Source: Bacillota bacterium (GTDB lineage Bacteria; Bacillota; Clostridia; Oscillospirales; Acutalibacteraceae). From it: 64,000 nucleotides of DNA. The DNA lies in NCBI GenBank assembly GCA_021771115.1, contig JAETPP010000001.1:12746-76745 (forward strand), given 5' to 3'. The translations under genes and the position numbers were made by a program. Positions 1-10,261 of this stretch are shown here, in pieces (the stretch's first letter is position 1; each line of letters starts with the position of its first letter). The notes under the pieces are model-generated. The model did no database searches and was not told the DNA's origin. It worked only from the letters and a program-made list of their open reading frames with translations.

Positions 1-144
1 CCGCGAAAGAAATGATAAGTGTTGACAAAAGCATGGATTATATTGACATCGCGCCTTTTCCTTTGTAAAATCCACTTGCGTTTTAGTAAAAAACGTGCTA
101 AAGTCTACGGCACCACAGCATATCAAAGAAACGAGGAGTTGCGC

Positions 145-1956
145 ATGCAGCAGAAAGGTTTCCCCCTTCCCCACTTTCTCCGTAAAATCATTACGCTTTT
201 GCGGAAAATCAAGCTTCAGTCCCGTCTTTTGATCACATTTTTGGCCATTTCTTTGATCCCTGTTGTGGCTATCGGGCTTTACGCATACCAGGTCTATACA
301 GATTCCGTGCGTTCCAAGGTGGGAGAATATGCAGAGCAATCCGCAAAGCTGTTAAATAAGAATTTGCAGCTCGAATTAGAGAAATACGGTTATTATATTG
401 ATTCCCTTTCCGTTATGGACAGTGTACAAAGCTTGTTTACTTCTTCCGGAGAGCATGAACGGCAAACAACTGAGCAGATCCACGCTATCATGCAGGAAAA
501 CAGAAGCAAGGCTTTGGCCGGACCTTATCTTCGTGAAATTCAGATCATAAGCTTAGACTCCGAGCTCCTCTATAGCTGGGGCTTTGAGAATGCCGCCAGC
601 ACACCGTACAACCAGCTTCTTTCTGATATCGACCGCGTTTCTTCCAACGACAGCCTTCAATACGCCTCCAGCCGCCTTACCTCTAACAACCTGGTTCTCG
701 GACGGAAAATATATCGTTCCACAACAGCGATCAAGTCGCTGGGATATATTCTCGTGTACATCAACGCGCGGCTGTTGAGCGACCAGATTTTCAGCGGTAT
801 TGATTTTGGCTTGGACAGCAGCGTATTTTTGATGAGCTCTGAAGGAACGGTGCTTGCCTCCAACGATAACAGCCGGATCGCGGATGGGAGCACTGTGGAT
901 GAGCTGCTGTATACACAGCTGCTGGAAAGCAATACAGAGCATGAAAACAGCTTTATCGTGGAAAATAACGGGAACAATTATCTGGCCGTGTATAATTATA
1001 ACCCTGTTTATGACTGTTACTTTGTTGTTACAGTTCCCGACAGCTATATCCGAAATGAAACACGGGAGATCACCACAAATCTCACCCTTTTGGCCGCAGC
1101 CCTGTTCGTTCTCAGCTTTGCCGCCACTCTACTTGTTTATTACAGTATTGTTCTCCCCATCAAGCACATTGTTTCCTGCTGCAATATCATATCGGATGAG
1201 GACCTGGAGCAAACGATTGCTGATACCAGCCCGGATGAGATCGGTTTTTTGGCGCGCACACTGGATCATTTGATAGACGAGCTGAAGGGAATGGCTCTCC
1301 AGTGGCAAAAAGATCAAATTCGAAAGCGCGAGCTGGAATTAGAATCCTTACACTATCAAATCAATCCTCACTTCTTATTTAACACATTGAACTCGCTGAA
1401 ATGGGTAGCCTCGTTAAATGAAGTACCGGTTTTGTACCATGGCATTGAATCTCTCAGCGTACTGCTGCAAAGCACGCTGATCAAAAATGATGAATTTATC
1501 ACGCTGGAAGAAGAAATACAAAATCTTTCCCACTACTTTTCCATTCAAAAAATCCGTTATGGCGATTGCTTTGATGTGATCTATCAAATCGAGGAACCGC
1601 TTAAGAGCTATTTTGTACCGCGGTTCATCCTTCAGCCTCTGGCGGAAAATGCCGTTCTGCACGGTACGGATGGCGGCGAACAGATCATCGAGATCCGCAT
1701 TTCAGCTCATATTCAGAATGCGGCATCTGTGGTTATTACGGTACAGGATAACGGAAAAGGCTTTTGCGTTCAGAACGGAACCGCTTCTCGTGAAAGCTTT
1801 TCCGGGATAGGGCTTTCCAATGTAGACGAGCGGCTTCGTCTGTACTACGGCAACGAATACGGATTGGTCGTTGAAAGCCAGCCAGGCATAGGAACAACGT
1901 GCAAAATAGAGCTTCCGCTGGTTCAAAACAATATGCCGGAAGGAGAGGAGCACTGA
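145..1956 (+). CDS. YesM/LytS-family sensor histidine kinase (Cache-HAMP-His_kinase-HATPase)
   Basis: Two TM helices, HAMP, QINPHFLFNTLN H-box, LQPLAENAVLHG, DNGKG and GIGLSNV boxes; RBS GAGGAG 133-138 before ATG 145. Confidence 0.93.
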   Translation: MQQKGFPLPHFLRKIITLLRKIKLQSRLLITFLAISLIPVVAIGLYAYQVYTDSVRSKVGEYAEQSAKLLNKNLQLELEKYGYYIDSLSVMDSVQSLFTSSGEHERQTTEQIHAIMQENRSKALAGPYLREIQIISLDSELLYSWGFENAASTPYNQLLSDIDRVSSNDSLQYASSRLTSNNLVLGRKIYRSTTAIKSLGYILVYINARLLSDQIFSGIDFGLDSSVFLMSSEGTVLASNDNSRIADGSTVDELLYTQLLESNTEHENSFIVENNGNNYLAVYNYNPVYDCYFVVTVPDSYIRNETREITTNLTLLAAALFVLSFAATLLVYYSIVLPIKHIVSCCNIISDEDLEQTIADTSPDEIGFLARTLDHLIDELKGMALQWQKDQIRKRELELESLHYQINPHFLFNTLNSLKWVASLNEVPVLYHGIESLSVLLQSTLIKNDEFITLEEEIQNLSHYFSIQKIRYGDCFDVIYQIEEPLKSYFVPRFILQPLAENAVLHGTDGGEQIIEIRISAHIQNAASVVITVQDNGKGFCVQNGTASRESFSGIGLSNVDERLRLYYGNEYGLVVESQPGIGTTCKIELPLVQNNMPEGEEH

Positions 1957-3500
1957 TGTATCATATTCTGCTTGTAGATGACGAGCCTGCAGCAAAGATG
2001 GCTTTTTTAAACCTTTTAGACCAGGAAACAACTCCCTATACTGTGATCGGCACTGCCGGCAATGGGAATGAGGCCCTTGCTTTCCTACAAAAAAACAAGG
2101 TAGATATTCTCATCACTGATCTCAAAATGCCTCACATGGATGGGCTGGAATTGATCCATCGGCTCACTGCGGAAAATTTTCCCGGCGTTATCCTTGTGAT
2201 GAGTAATTATTCTGACTTTGATCTTGTACGGGAGGCACTGCTGTCCGGAGCGCAGGACTATATGCTCAAGGTCAATATGGACCAAAAATCACTGCTGGCT
2301 CAATTAAAGCGCGCCACGCAAAAGCTGGAGCAACAGAGCAGGACGTTTCACGATCATCAGGAAGCGGCTTCTGACAGCCATTCCTTGGAAAAATACCGAA
2401 ATGCGTTTTTTTACACCTACCTCTTAGGAGATTCCGAGCCGACTGCCCCTGCCGCAGAGGAAAAATTCCTTACCGCCCCGCCATATGTTTTATTTTTTAT
2501 CGCAGCTGAAAAAATATCCTCCGGGAGGCCGCTGCCTGAAAACAGCGTAAAGAGTATCCTGCATTCTATTTTGGGCAAATCGGATGTTCTGAAATTTCCC
2601 ACCGATGAATACTTCTGCCTCTCGCCGTTTCCGGAAAACACTGTAGAGGAATCGATACAATTACGCGCAACGCAGATCCTTCGTCAGCTCCAAATGTACT
2701 TAAACCGGCGGTGCGCCGTTGTTTTTTCCAAGCCCATCCGAACCCTTGAAGCACTAAAGGAAGAATACGATCGCTGCAGAGAGATGGCGCCAGCCCTATT
2801 CTATTCTTCTTTTCCTGTTTCTCTTGGTGCGCAAAGCTTTCCTCATACCTCTTTTGTAGAGCCCATGCCTCCGAAGGATGCCGCTCAATATCTCACAGAG
2901 CATTTTTTTGAGGGAGGCATAAAAGAACTGGAACTTGATATTGACCGCTTCCTGGAGGACTGCTCTTCCCATTTTATTTCCCCAAGCGAAGCCTGCAATT
3001 ATGACTATCACGTGGTACAGGTGCTGATACTTTCCAACTCTATTCCAGCGGGCGCCCCCGTTTTTACCCAACACGCCGCGTTGCTAAACTGTGCCAGTGC
3101 GGCAGAATTCAAATCGATCCTGCTGCAGCTCCTGCCTTCTTTGATGGAAAATAGCCTTCCTTCCCATTACCAAAGGTGCCACCCGGATGTTAAAGCTGTG
3201 CTGTTGTATCTTCAATACCATTACATGCTAAAGCTTTCCCTCGATGAGATAGCCTCCTACGTAAGCCTGGACAAAAGCTATCTTTGCAGGCTTTTCAAAA
3301 AGGAAACCGGGCAAAGCATTTTTCAGTATTTGAATGAAAAACGCATGAAACAAGCCGCGGCTATGCTTACCGAAGGCAATACCTATATAAACGAGGTCTC
3401 CGCCGCCGTTGGAATTGAGGATCCCTTTTACTTTGCGCGGCTGTTCAAAAAGTACTATGGTATTTCTCCCAGTGAATTCAAAGCAAAGCAAATCAGTTAA
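1956..3500 (+). CDS. YesN-like response regulator (REC + AraC HTH)
   Basis: ILLVDDE...ITDLKMPHMDG receiver; C-terminal YFARLFKKYYGISPSEF AraC; TGATG overlap with kinase. Confidence 0.93.
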   Translation: MYHILLVDDEPAAKMAFLNLLDQETTPYTVIGTAGNGNEALAFLQKNKVDILITDLKMPHMDGLELIHRLTAENFPGVILVMSNYSDFDLVREALLSGAQDYMLKVNMDQKSLLAQLKRATQKLEQQSRTFHDHQEAASDSHSLEKYRNAFFYTYLLGDSEPTAPAAEEKFLTAPPYVLFFIAAEKISSGRPLPENSVKSILHSILGKSDVLKFPTDEYFCLSPFPENTVEESIQLRATQILRQLQMYLNRRCAVVFSKPIRTLEALKEEYDRCREMAPALFYSSFPVSLGAQSFPHTSFVEPMPPKDAAQYLTEHFFEGGIKELELDIDRFLEDCSSHFISPSEACNYDYHVVQVLILSNSIPAGAPVFTQHAALLNCASAAEFKSILLQLLPSLMENSLPSHYQRCHPDVKAVLLYLQYHYMLKLSLDEIASYVSLDKSYLCRLFKKETGQSIFQYLNEKRMKQAAAMLTEGNTYINEVSAAVGIEDPFYFARLFKKYYGISPSEFKAKQIS

Positions 3501-3517
3501 ATACTGCATTTCGCAGC

Positions 3518-3553
3518 AAAGCCGGCAAATTCTTTACAGAAAATGCCGGCTTT
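3518..3553. terminator. Bidirectional intrinsic terminator
   Basis: AAAGCCGGCA...TGCCGGCTTT between convergent genes. Confidence 0.65.
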
Positions 3554-3570
3554 GTTATAAAAAGCATCGA

Positions 3571-4221
3571 TTAAGCCTTCCTGGCCCGCAGGGCCTTGGT
3601 TTTGATGCCCTGGGCTGTGAACAGGATCTCGTGCTCGGTCAGGATATTTTCCGGGTCGTGCGCTCCGTGAAGGTCCTGGGTATCGAAAAAGATCTCCAGG
3701 CCGGCTTCCGAAAAATAGCGCTTGGTGGCAAGGTAAAGATCATCATTATCTGTTTTGAACCAGATCTCTCCCCCGTTTTCCAAAAGGGGAAGATAGGCTT
3801 CCAGCTGTCTTGTGTGGGTCAGGCGGCGCTTGTGGTGCTTGGCGGCGGGCCAGGGGTTGCAGAAATTGATGTACAGCCGTTCTATGCCTTCTCCCGGTGC
3901 GAAAATTCTTTGGAGCTTTTCGATATTGTAATAGCAGAGCAGCACGTTATCCGGCTGGGTCTCCCCGAAGGCGGACTGGATATTCCTGCGCCCCACGCCT
4001 AAAATATCGTAGCTCAGATCGATCCCCACATAGTTTACAGTTCTGTGTTGTTCCGCCGCTTCCGCCAGAAACACGCATTTTCCGCAGCCCAGGTCAAGGT
4101 GGATGGGGCGTTTTTCTCCAAACCGCTCCATCCAATGACCCCGCAGGGCCTCCGGCTCAGAAATATAGTAAGGACAGGCGGAAAGCTCCGGCCTTGCCCA
4201 GGATTTTTTTCTTATTCTCAT
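3571..4221 (-). CDS. trmB: tRNA (guanine-N7)-methyltransferase
   Basis: MRIRKK N-terminus, DLGCGK, INFCNPWP..HHKRRL, FKTD, TEHE motifs. Confidence 0.93.
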   Translation of the reverse strand: MRIRKKSWARPELSACPYYISEPEALRGHWMERFGEKRPIHLDLGCGKCVFLAEAAEQHRTVNYVGIDLSYDILGVGRRNIQSAFGETQPDNVLLCYYNIEKLQRIFAPGEGIERLYINFCNPWPAAKHHKRRLTHTRQLEAYLPLLENGGEIWFKTDNDDLYLATKRYFSEAGLEIFFDTQDLHGAHDPENILTEHEILFTAQGIKTKALRARKA

Positions 4222-4391
4222 GCTTTTTCCATTCCTCTCCGGTTCTTGAGGGGTTCATTTTCGTTTTATTATAGCCTCTTTTCCCCCTCAAATCAAGCCT
4301 TGCAAGAGCGGCGAAATTCATGTAAAATAGCAGGTATCGATTCTCTGCGTGCGTTTGCCGGGACGGCCGGCTGACAAAGGAGGTTTTTGTC

Positions 4392-5246
4392 GTGAAGAAA
4401 AGGGCGATCGTTTTAGAGGGCGGCTCCCTGCGCTGTATGTTTACCGCCGGGGCCATGGACGTTTTTATGGAAGAAGGCATGGAAGCGGACGGCCTGTTCG
4501 GCGTGTCCGCCGGAGCGCTGACCGGGGTAAATGTGATCTCCCGCCAGCCGGGACGGACGGCGAAGGTCAACCTGGATTATGTAAACGACAAGCGCTATTT
4601 GGGGCTCAGGAACCTGATCCTTCACAAAAGCATTTTCAATTTTGATTTTCTGTTCGGCGAGGTGTGCGATACCCTGGTTCCTTTGGACCGGGAAGCCTTT
4701 CACAGCTCTCCCTGCGAATTTACCGCCGTTGCCACCAACTGCCTGACCGGGCAGCCCGCCTATTTCGAAAAGAGCGCCTGCTCCGATATCTATGCCGCCA
4801 TTCGGGCCAGCGCCAGCCTGCCTCTGATGGCCCCCATGGTACAGGTGGAGGGCACTCCCTGCCTGGACGGCGGCGTATCGGTTTCCATTCCCTACCAAAA
4901 AGCCATTGACGAGGGGTATGAAAAGATCCTGGTGGTCACCACCAGAGAGCACGGCTATCGAAAGCAGACAACGCCCCGTGCCGCCGCCAGGCTGTACGCC
5001 CGGCATTATCGGAATTATCCCGAGCTGGTGCGGGCCATTCTGGGGATCCCCCGGCGGTACGCCAGAGAGCTGGACGAAATCGACCGGCTGGAGGCAGAGG
5101 GCCGCATTTTTGTGCTGCGCCCGCCGAAGCCCGTCACCGTTGCCCGCACGGAAAAGGATCTCGCGAAGCTGCAGGCCCTTTACGAGGAAGGAAAAGAAAC
5201 CTGCCGCCGGCAGCTGGAAGCCCTGAAGGCGTACTGGGAAGAATAG
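4392..5246 (+). CDS. Patatin-like phospholipase family protein
   Basis: LEGGSLR, GVSAG nucleophile, DGG motif; RBS AGGAGG. Confidence 0.9.
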   Translation: MKKRAIVLEGGSLRCMFTAGAMDVFMEEGMEADGLFGVSAGALTGVNVISRQPGRTAKVNLDYVNDKRYLGLRNLILHKSIFNFDFLFGEVCDTLVPLDREAFHSSPCEFTAVATNCLTGQPAYFEKSACSDIYAAIRASASLPLMAPMVQVEGTPCLDGGVSVSIPYQKAIDEGYEKILVVTTREHGYRKQTTPRAAARLYARHYRNYPELVRAILGIPRRYARELDEIDRLEAEGRIFVLRPPKPVTVARTEKDLAKLQALYEEGKETCRRQLEALKAYWEE

Positions 5247-5287
5247 CGTGATTGGAATCAGCCTTTCACAGAAAGGACGGGATCTTT

Positions 5288-5767
5288 ATGGAACAGGCAA
5301 AAGCAATTTTGATCTGCGGGAAGCTTTGCTGTGGAAAAAGCACCTATACGGAAACACTGCGCCGGGAAAAGCATGCCGCAGTGCTTTCCTGCGACGATCT
5401 GACCCTGGCGCTCTTTGACGAGCAGCTGGGCGATGATCACGAGCGCGTTACCCAAAAGGCCCAGGACTATTTATTTCAACGGGCAAAGGAGCTTTTGGAG
5501 CTGGGTGTTCCCGTCATTCTGGAATGGGGCTTTTGGACGAGAGAAAGCCGCCATAAGGCTACCTGCTTTTTCCGGGAACAGGGCTTTGAGACCGAGTGGC
5601 ATTATATCGATATTTCCGAGGAAGTCTGGCACAGGAATATCCAAAAGCGCAACAAGACCAGCGGCGCTTACTTTGTGGATGAGGGGCTGGCGAAAAAATG
5701 TGAGGAGCTTTTTGAAGTACCTAAGCCGGAGGAAATAGATATCTGGTATTGTAATAACTGGAACTGA
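5288..5767 (+). CDS. AAA_33-type P-loop kinase/ATP-binding protein
   Basis: GKLCCGKST Walker A, VILEWGFW. Confidence 0.8.
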   Translation: MEQAKAILICGKLCCGKSTYTETLRREKHAAVLSCDDLTLALFDEQLGDDHERVTQKAQDYLFQRAKELLELGVPVILEWGFWTRESRHKATCFFREQGFETEWHYIDISEEVWHRNIQKRNKTSGAYFVDEGLAKKCEELFEVPKPEEIDIWYCNNWN

Positions 5768-5769
5768 GC

Positions 5770-5806
5770 AGCAAAAGGCGTTTCCCGTGGGAAACGCCTT
5801 TTGCTT
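5770..5806. terminator. Bidirectional intrinsic terminator
   Basis: AGCAAAAGGCGTTTCC-CGTG-GGAAACGCCTTTTGCT. Confidence 0.75.
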
Positions 5807-5810
5807 TGCC

Positions 5811-6005
5811 TCATCTTCTCAGCTTCAGCTCTTCTATCAGGTCGTGCAGGTCCGAGGCGCTGTGAATTTCATCGCGGTGATATTCCAGCGCTTCCCGAAC
5901 CTCCTCCGGCAGCTCCCGCAGATCGTGGTCCAAAAACGGGATCATGCCTGCCGGCATACTGTTGGGCGTACCGATGGGGAGACCGCCCCAATAATAAGGA
6001 AACAA
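5811..6005 (-). CDS. Small hypothetical protein (about 64 aa), possibly forespore-expressed
   Basis: SD GGGGGTGA before TTG 6005; acidic helical C-terminus; ends at terminator; sigG-like promoter upstream. Confidence 0.55.
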   Translation of the reverse strand: MFPYYWGGLPIGTPNSMPAGMIPFLDHDLRELPEEVREALEYHRDEIHSASDLHDLIEELKLRR

Positions 6006-6124
6006 AAAAATCACCCCCAAGAGCTTAGTCTGGCTCCTTGAGGGTGTTTTAACCGCCGTTTACGCTATGCAAGTTCTGTCAGAAAGAGCAGGAACTGGTT
6101 GAATTTTTCAAACGATTTTTTGTG

Positions 6125-7336
6125 TTACACCGCTTCAAAAAATTTATCGTGAATGGCTTCTACCGCCCGCTCGCCGTCCGCCTTGTTGATCAGCACGGAG
6201 ATCTTGATCTCGCTGGTGGAGATCATTTGGATATTTACATTTCTGCTGAACAGGGCCTCGAACATTTCCGCCGCCACGCCGGGGTGAGATTCCATGCCCG
6301 CGCCCACAATGGAAACCTTGGATACGTTGTCGTCGGAAACAATGCCGGAAGCGCCCCAGGTCTCTTCATAGGATTTCAGCAGCTCAATGGTGTCCTCCAT
6401 CTTATTCTTCTCCACGGTGAAGCTGATATCCTTCGTGCCGTTGCGGCCGATGGACTGCAAAATGATATCCACATTGATCCCCTTTGAGGCCAGCTTGGAA
6501 AAGATCTTAAAAGCCAGACCGGGGCGATCGGGCACGCCGATGATCGAGATCCGGGCAATATTGTCGTCCTTGGCCACACCGCTGATCAGCATTTTCTCCA
6601 CGTTGCTCTTCTCCTTTACAATAGTGCCTTTTTCCCTGGTCAGGCTGGAAAGCACTTCTAATTCAATATTGTATTTCTTTGCCATTTCCACAGAACGATT
6701 GTGCAGCACCTGAGCTCCCAGGGTGGCAAGCTCCAGCATTTCATCATAAGAAATGGTGGGGAGCTTGATCGCGCCGGGGATCTTTCGGGGGTCCGCCGTA
6801 TACACGCCGTCCACATCGGTATAGATCTGGCACAGGTCGGCGTGCATGGTGGCCGCAATGGCCACCGCGCTGGTATCAGAGCCGCCCCGGCCCAGGGTGG
6901 TCATATCGCCGTAGCGGTTTACGCCCTGAAAGCCCGTTACCACCACGATCCGCCGTTTATCCAGTTCCTTGCGGATCCGGGAGGCATCCACCTTTTTGAT
7001 CCGGGCATTGCCGTAATCTGAGGTGGTATCGAACCCCGCCTGCCAGCCCAAAAGGGAAACCACCGGATAGCCCATTCTTTCAATGGCCATCGCAAGCAGC
7101 GAAGCGGAGATCTGCTCTCCCGCGGAAAGCAGCATATCCATTTCCCGCTTGGAAGCCCGTTCATTGATCTCCGCCGCTTTCGCGATCAGGTCGTCGGTAG
7201 TATCTCCCTGGGCGGAGACCACCACCACCACGTCGTTGTCCTGGCGGTAGGTCGAGGTGACGATATCCGCCACATTGTTGATGCGTTCGGCATCCCGGAC
7301 AGAGGTGCCGCCGAATTTCTGCACGATCAGTGCCAT
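6125..7336 (-). CDS. lysC: Aspartate kinase
   Basis: MALIVQKFGGTSV, TTLGRGGSDTSA, two ACT domains. Confidence 0.95.
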   Translation of the reverse strand: MALIVQKFGGTSVRDAERINNVADIVTSTYRQDNDVVVVVSAQGDTTDDLIAKAAEINERASKREMDMLLSAGEQISASLLAMAIERMGYPVVSLLGWQAGFDTTSDYGNARIKKVDASRIRKELDKRRIVVVTGFQGVNRYGDMTTLGRGGSDTSAVAIAATMHADLCQIYTDVDGVYTADPRKIPGAIKLPTISYDEMLELATLGAQVLHNRSVEMAKKYNIELEVLSSLTREKGTIVKEKSNVEKMLISGVAKDDNIARISIIGVPDRPGLAFKIFSKLASKGINVDIILQSIGRNGTKDISFTVEKNKMEDTIELLKSYEETWGASGIVSDDNVSKVSIVGAGMESHPGVAAEMFEALFSRNVNIQMISTSEIKISVLINKADGERAVEAIHDKFFEAV

Positions 7337-7450
7337 AGTTGTGACCACCTTCCTTTCTGCGCCGGGTGGAATGCTTTCGCTCCCACACGGCGGAGCTCCG
7401 GTTTTCTGCAACCGGAAAACAAAGCTTATCTGTGCCTTTCGGCAATCAAA

Positions 7451-7996
7451 TCAAGTTCGCCGTTCATAGGTCAAGGTGAGGACGCCTCCGCTGCTCTCGC
7501 TTTTTACAAAGCGCAGCTTGACTTCCTTTCCCACCTCTTCAAAAAGACGGATCCCGCTGCCTAAAATGGTGGGAATCACGGAAATGGAAAACCGGTCGAT
7601 CAGATTTTCCTGCAAAAGAGGACGCACAATGCTTGCGCCGCCGCAGATCCAAATGGTTTTCCCGGCTTCCCGGGTCAAGCGCCGGATCAAAGTACAGGGA
7701 TCCTCCCCCGTAAACAAAATATTTTCCGTGGAGGCTTCCTTTCTGTGCGTCACCACATAGCTTGTCAAGCCATCGTACACCCACTGCTCCGGGGAAAGCT
7801 CCGTCACGATCTGGTGATAGGTTTTCCAGCCCATGACCACGGTATCTACATCTTTGATGAACTGAGCATACGCGTCTTCCCCGCCGGCTTCGGCGGCTTC
7901 GTCAGCTTCCTGGCTTGAGAGCCAGTCTACCCCGCCATCGGCATCGGCGATATAGCCATCCAGGCTCATGGCGATGAATAACTCAACGCTTCTCAT
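7451..7996 (-). CDS. Dihydrofolate reductase/RibD C-terminal domain protein
   Basis: IAMSLDGYIA, VMGWKTY, IWICGGA, IPTILGSGIRLF. Confidence 0.88.
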   Translation of the reverse strand: MRSVELFIAMSLDGYIADADGGVDWLSSQEADEAAEAGGEDAYAQFIKDVDTVVMGWKTYHQIVTELSPEQWVYDGLTSYVVTHRKEASTENILFTGEDPCTLIRRLTREAGKTIWICGGASIVRPLLQENLIDRFSISVIPTILGSGIRLFEEVGKEVKLRFVKSESSGGVLTLTYERRT

Positions 7997-8008
7997 TTTT
8001 GCTTCCTC

Positions 8009-8905
8009 TTATTCTATCACGATCTGCGCGCCGTTTGGATCCGCGCTTAAAATCTCTACCCGCCAGCCGGTAATGCCCTTTTCCGCCAGGTGGGTCATGC
8101 AGTTTTTCCCAAAGGCCTCCGCGCCCCCGGCATCCACCATGGCGATAATGGTGGGCCCCGCGCCGCTGACATAGGTGCCCAGAGACCCCAGCTCATAGCT
8201 CATGCGGAACACGTTGTCGTAATTTTCGATCAGGCCGGAGCGGTAGGGCTGGTGGATCCGGTCCTGTACCGCCACTCTCAGATTATGCAGCTCCCCGGAA
8301 AACAGAGACGCCGTCATCAGGCCGGAGCGGGAAAGATTGTACACCGCGTCTTCCCTGGAATATTCCTTGGGCAGGGCGGCCCGGGCTTTTTCCGTTTTCA
8401 GCTCGAAGGGCGGGATCATCACAGCAAAGCGGATCTTCTCCGATACCGGCACGCTGACGCTGTAGACCCGCTCTCCCTCCATGGCGGAGGCCACCAGGCC
8501 CCCGGAAAGAGCCGGGCTGGTGTTATCGGGGTGACCTTCGATTTTTGCCGCCAGATGGATCAGGTCATTGTGAGAAAGGGGATTTCCCATAAAGCGGTTG
8601 GCGCCCAAAATCCCCGCCACGATACAGGCTGAGCTGCTGCCTAAGCCACGGGCCAGAGGAATGTTGTTTTCCTGGATGATCTTCAGCCCCGGCAGCTTTT
8701 TGCCGCAGATCTCATAAAGATGGCTGGCGGCCCAGAAAATCAGGTTGCTGCTGTCGGTGGGCACCTGCACGTCATCGGTACAGGTGATCTCCAGGGAATC
8801 GGATTCCTCCATCCACACTCTGTTTTTCATGGTCAGAGCGATCCCCAAAGAATCAAAGCCGGAGCCTAAATTGGCGCTGGTAGCGGGCACATCGATTCGG
8901 ATCAT
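8009..8905 (-). CDS. thrB: Homoserine kinase
   Basis: VPATSANLGSGFD, PLARGLGSSSA, EGHPDN, SGAGPT. Confidence 0.96.
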   Translation of the reverse strand: MIRIDVPATSANLGSGFDSLGIALTMKNRVWMEESDSLEITCTDDVQVPTDSSNLIFWAASHLYEICGKKLPGLKIIQENNIPLARGLGSSSACIVAGILGANRFMGNPLSHNDLIHLAAKIEGHPDNTSPALSGGLVASAMEGERVYSVSVPVSEKIRFAVMIPPFELKTEKARAALPKEYSREDAVYNLSRSGLMTASLFSGELHNLRVAVQDRIHQPYRSGLIENYDNVFRMSYELGSLGTYVSGAGPTIIAMVDAGGAEAFGKNCMTHLAEKGITGWRVEILSADPNGAQIVIE

Positions 8906-8962
8906 AGCGCTTATCCCTCCTGAATGCTGGATACTGGAAAAGTTTGCGAGTTACCGGTTTTT

Positions 8963-10210
8963 TTAATAATCGGAAATCGCGATATGGTTGTCCACGGTCA
9001 AACCGGCCGATTCCAGCTTTTGGATCAGTTCCGCAAGCTGCCGGGGTGTGATCTCATTTACCGTAAAGCCGATCTCGCCCGGCTCCTCTTCCTTTCGGAT
9101 CAAGCGCACCGGAGAAGCGGCGATTGTTTCCACCTGATGGAACACGGCGTCGGAATCCTTTTCGCCCCGAACGCGCAGGAACACATTCTGCGGGATCTCC
9201 TCAAACTCGGCCACATAATCAGGCTTAGCGTCTTCCCAGAACAGGTATTTCCGGGCCTTGAAATGCTTCACGCAGTCTATCACATCCGCCACCACCGCGC
9301 TGGCGGTAGGCAGCTTTCCGGCCCCTTTACCGTAAAACACCACATCTCCTGTGGCGTCGCCCCGCACCAGAATGCCGTTAAAGACATCGTCCACATTGGC
9401 AAGCTGGCTTTCCCGGCTTACAAACATGGGGGCTACCATAATATGTATTTTTCCGCTTTCCAGCATTTTCACTTCGCCGATGAGCTTGATCACGCCACCC
9501 CAGGCCCTGGCATAGCCCACATCGGACAGGGTAACTTTTGTGATGCCCTCGGTGTGAACACTTTCCGGGTACACATGGGTGCCAAAGGCGAGGGACGCCA
9601 GAATGCAGATTTTCCGGCAGGCGTCGGCCCCTTCCACATCGGCGGAGGGGTCCCGCTCCGCATAGCCCAGCTGCTGGGCCAGCTTCAGAGCCTCCTCAAA
9701 ATCCATATGGTCCCGGATCATTTTTGTCAAGATGAAATTGGTGGTGCCGTTTAAAATGCCGGCGATCTCGCTGACCTCATTGGCGGCCAGGCACTGGCTG
9801 ATGGGCCGAATGATGGGGATACCCCCGCCCACACTGGCCTCAAACAGAAAATTCAGATTGTTTTTCTGCGCAATGGCCAAGAGCTCCGCACCCTTGGCGG
9901 CAACCAACTCTTTATTGGAGGTCACCACGCTTTTTCCGTTTTCCAGGCAGGCCTTTACATAGTCAAACGCGGGATGAAGCCCGCCCATGACCTCTACTAC
10001 GATTTTTACCTCAGGGTCGTTCAGGATCAGGTTAAAATCCTTTGTGAACCGATCCGCGTAGGGCAAATCGGGAAACTCCCGCAGATCCAGAATATATTTG
10101 ACCTGGATCTCCTCCTTGGCCCGGCGAGCGATGCTTTCGCTATGCTCTGTCAGCACCTCCAGCACGCCGGAGCCTACAACGCCGTGACCCATTACCGCGA
10201 TAAACGCCAT
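8963..10210 (-). CDS. hom: Homoserine dehydrogenase
   Basis: GHGVVG, VVTSNK, FEASVGGGIP, NGTTNFIL, GKGAGKLPTASAV. Confidence 0.96.
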   Translation of the reverse strand: MAFIAVMGHGVVGSGVLEVLTEHSESIARRAKEEIQVKYILDLREFPDLPYADRFTKDFNLILNDPEVKIVVEVMGGLHPAFDYVKACLENGKSVVTSNKELVAAKGAELLAIAQKNNLNFLFEASVGGGIPIIRPISQCLAANEVSEIAGILNGTTNFILTKMIRDHMDFEEALKLAQQLGYAERDPSADVEGADACRKICILASLAFGTHVYPESVHTEGITKVTLSDVGYARAWGGVIKLIGEVKMLESGKIHIMVAPMFVSRESQLANVDDVFNGILVRGDATGDVVFYGKGAGKLPTASAVVADVIDCVKHFKARKYLFWEDAKPDYVAEFEEIPQNVFLRVRGEKDSDAVFHQVETIAASPVRLIRKEEEPGEIGFTVNEITPRQLAELIQKLESAGLTVDNHIAISDY

Positions 10211-10261
10211 AAACGCTTTTCCTTCCTTTCCCGCGAAAAGCCTGTAAAAGGCAGCTTCCGC

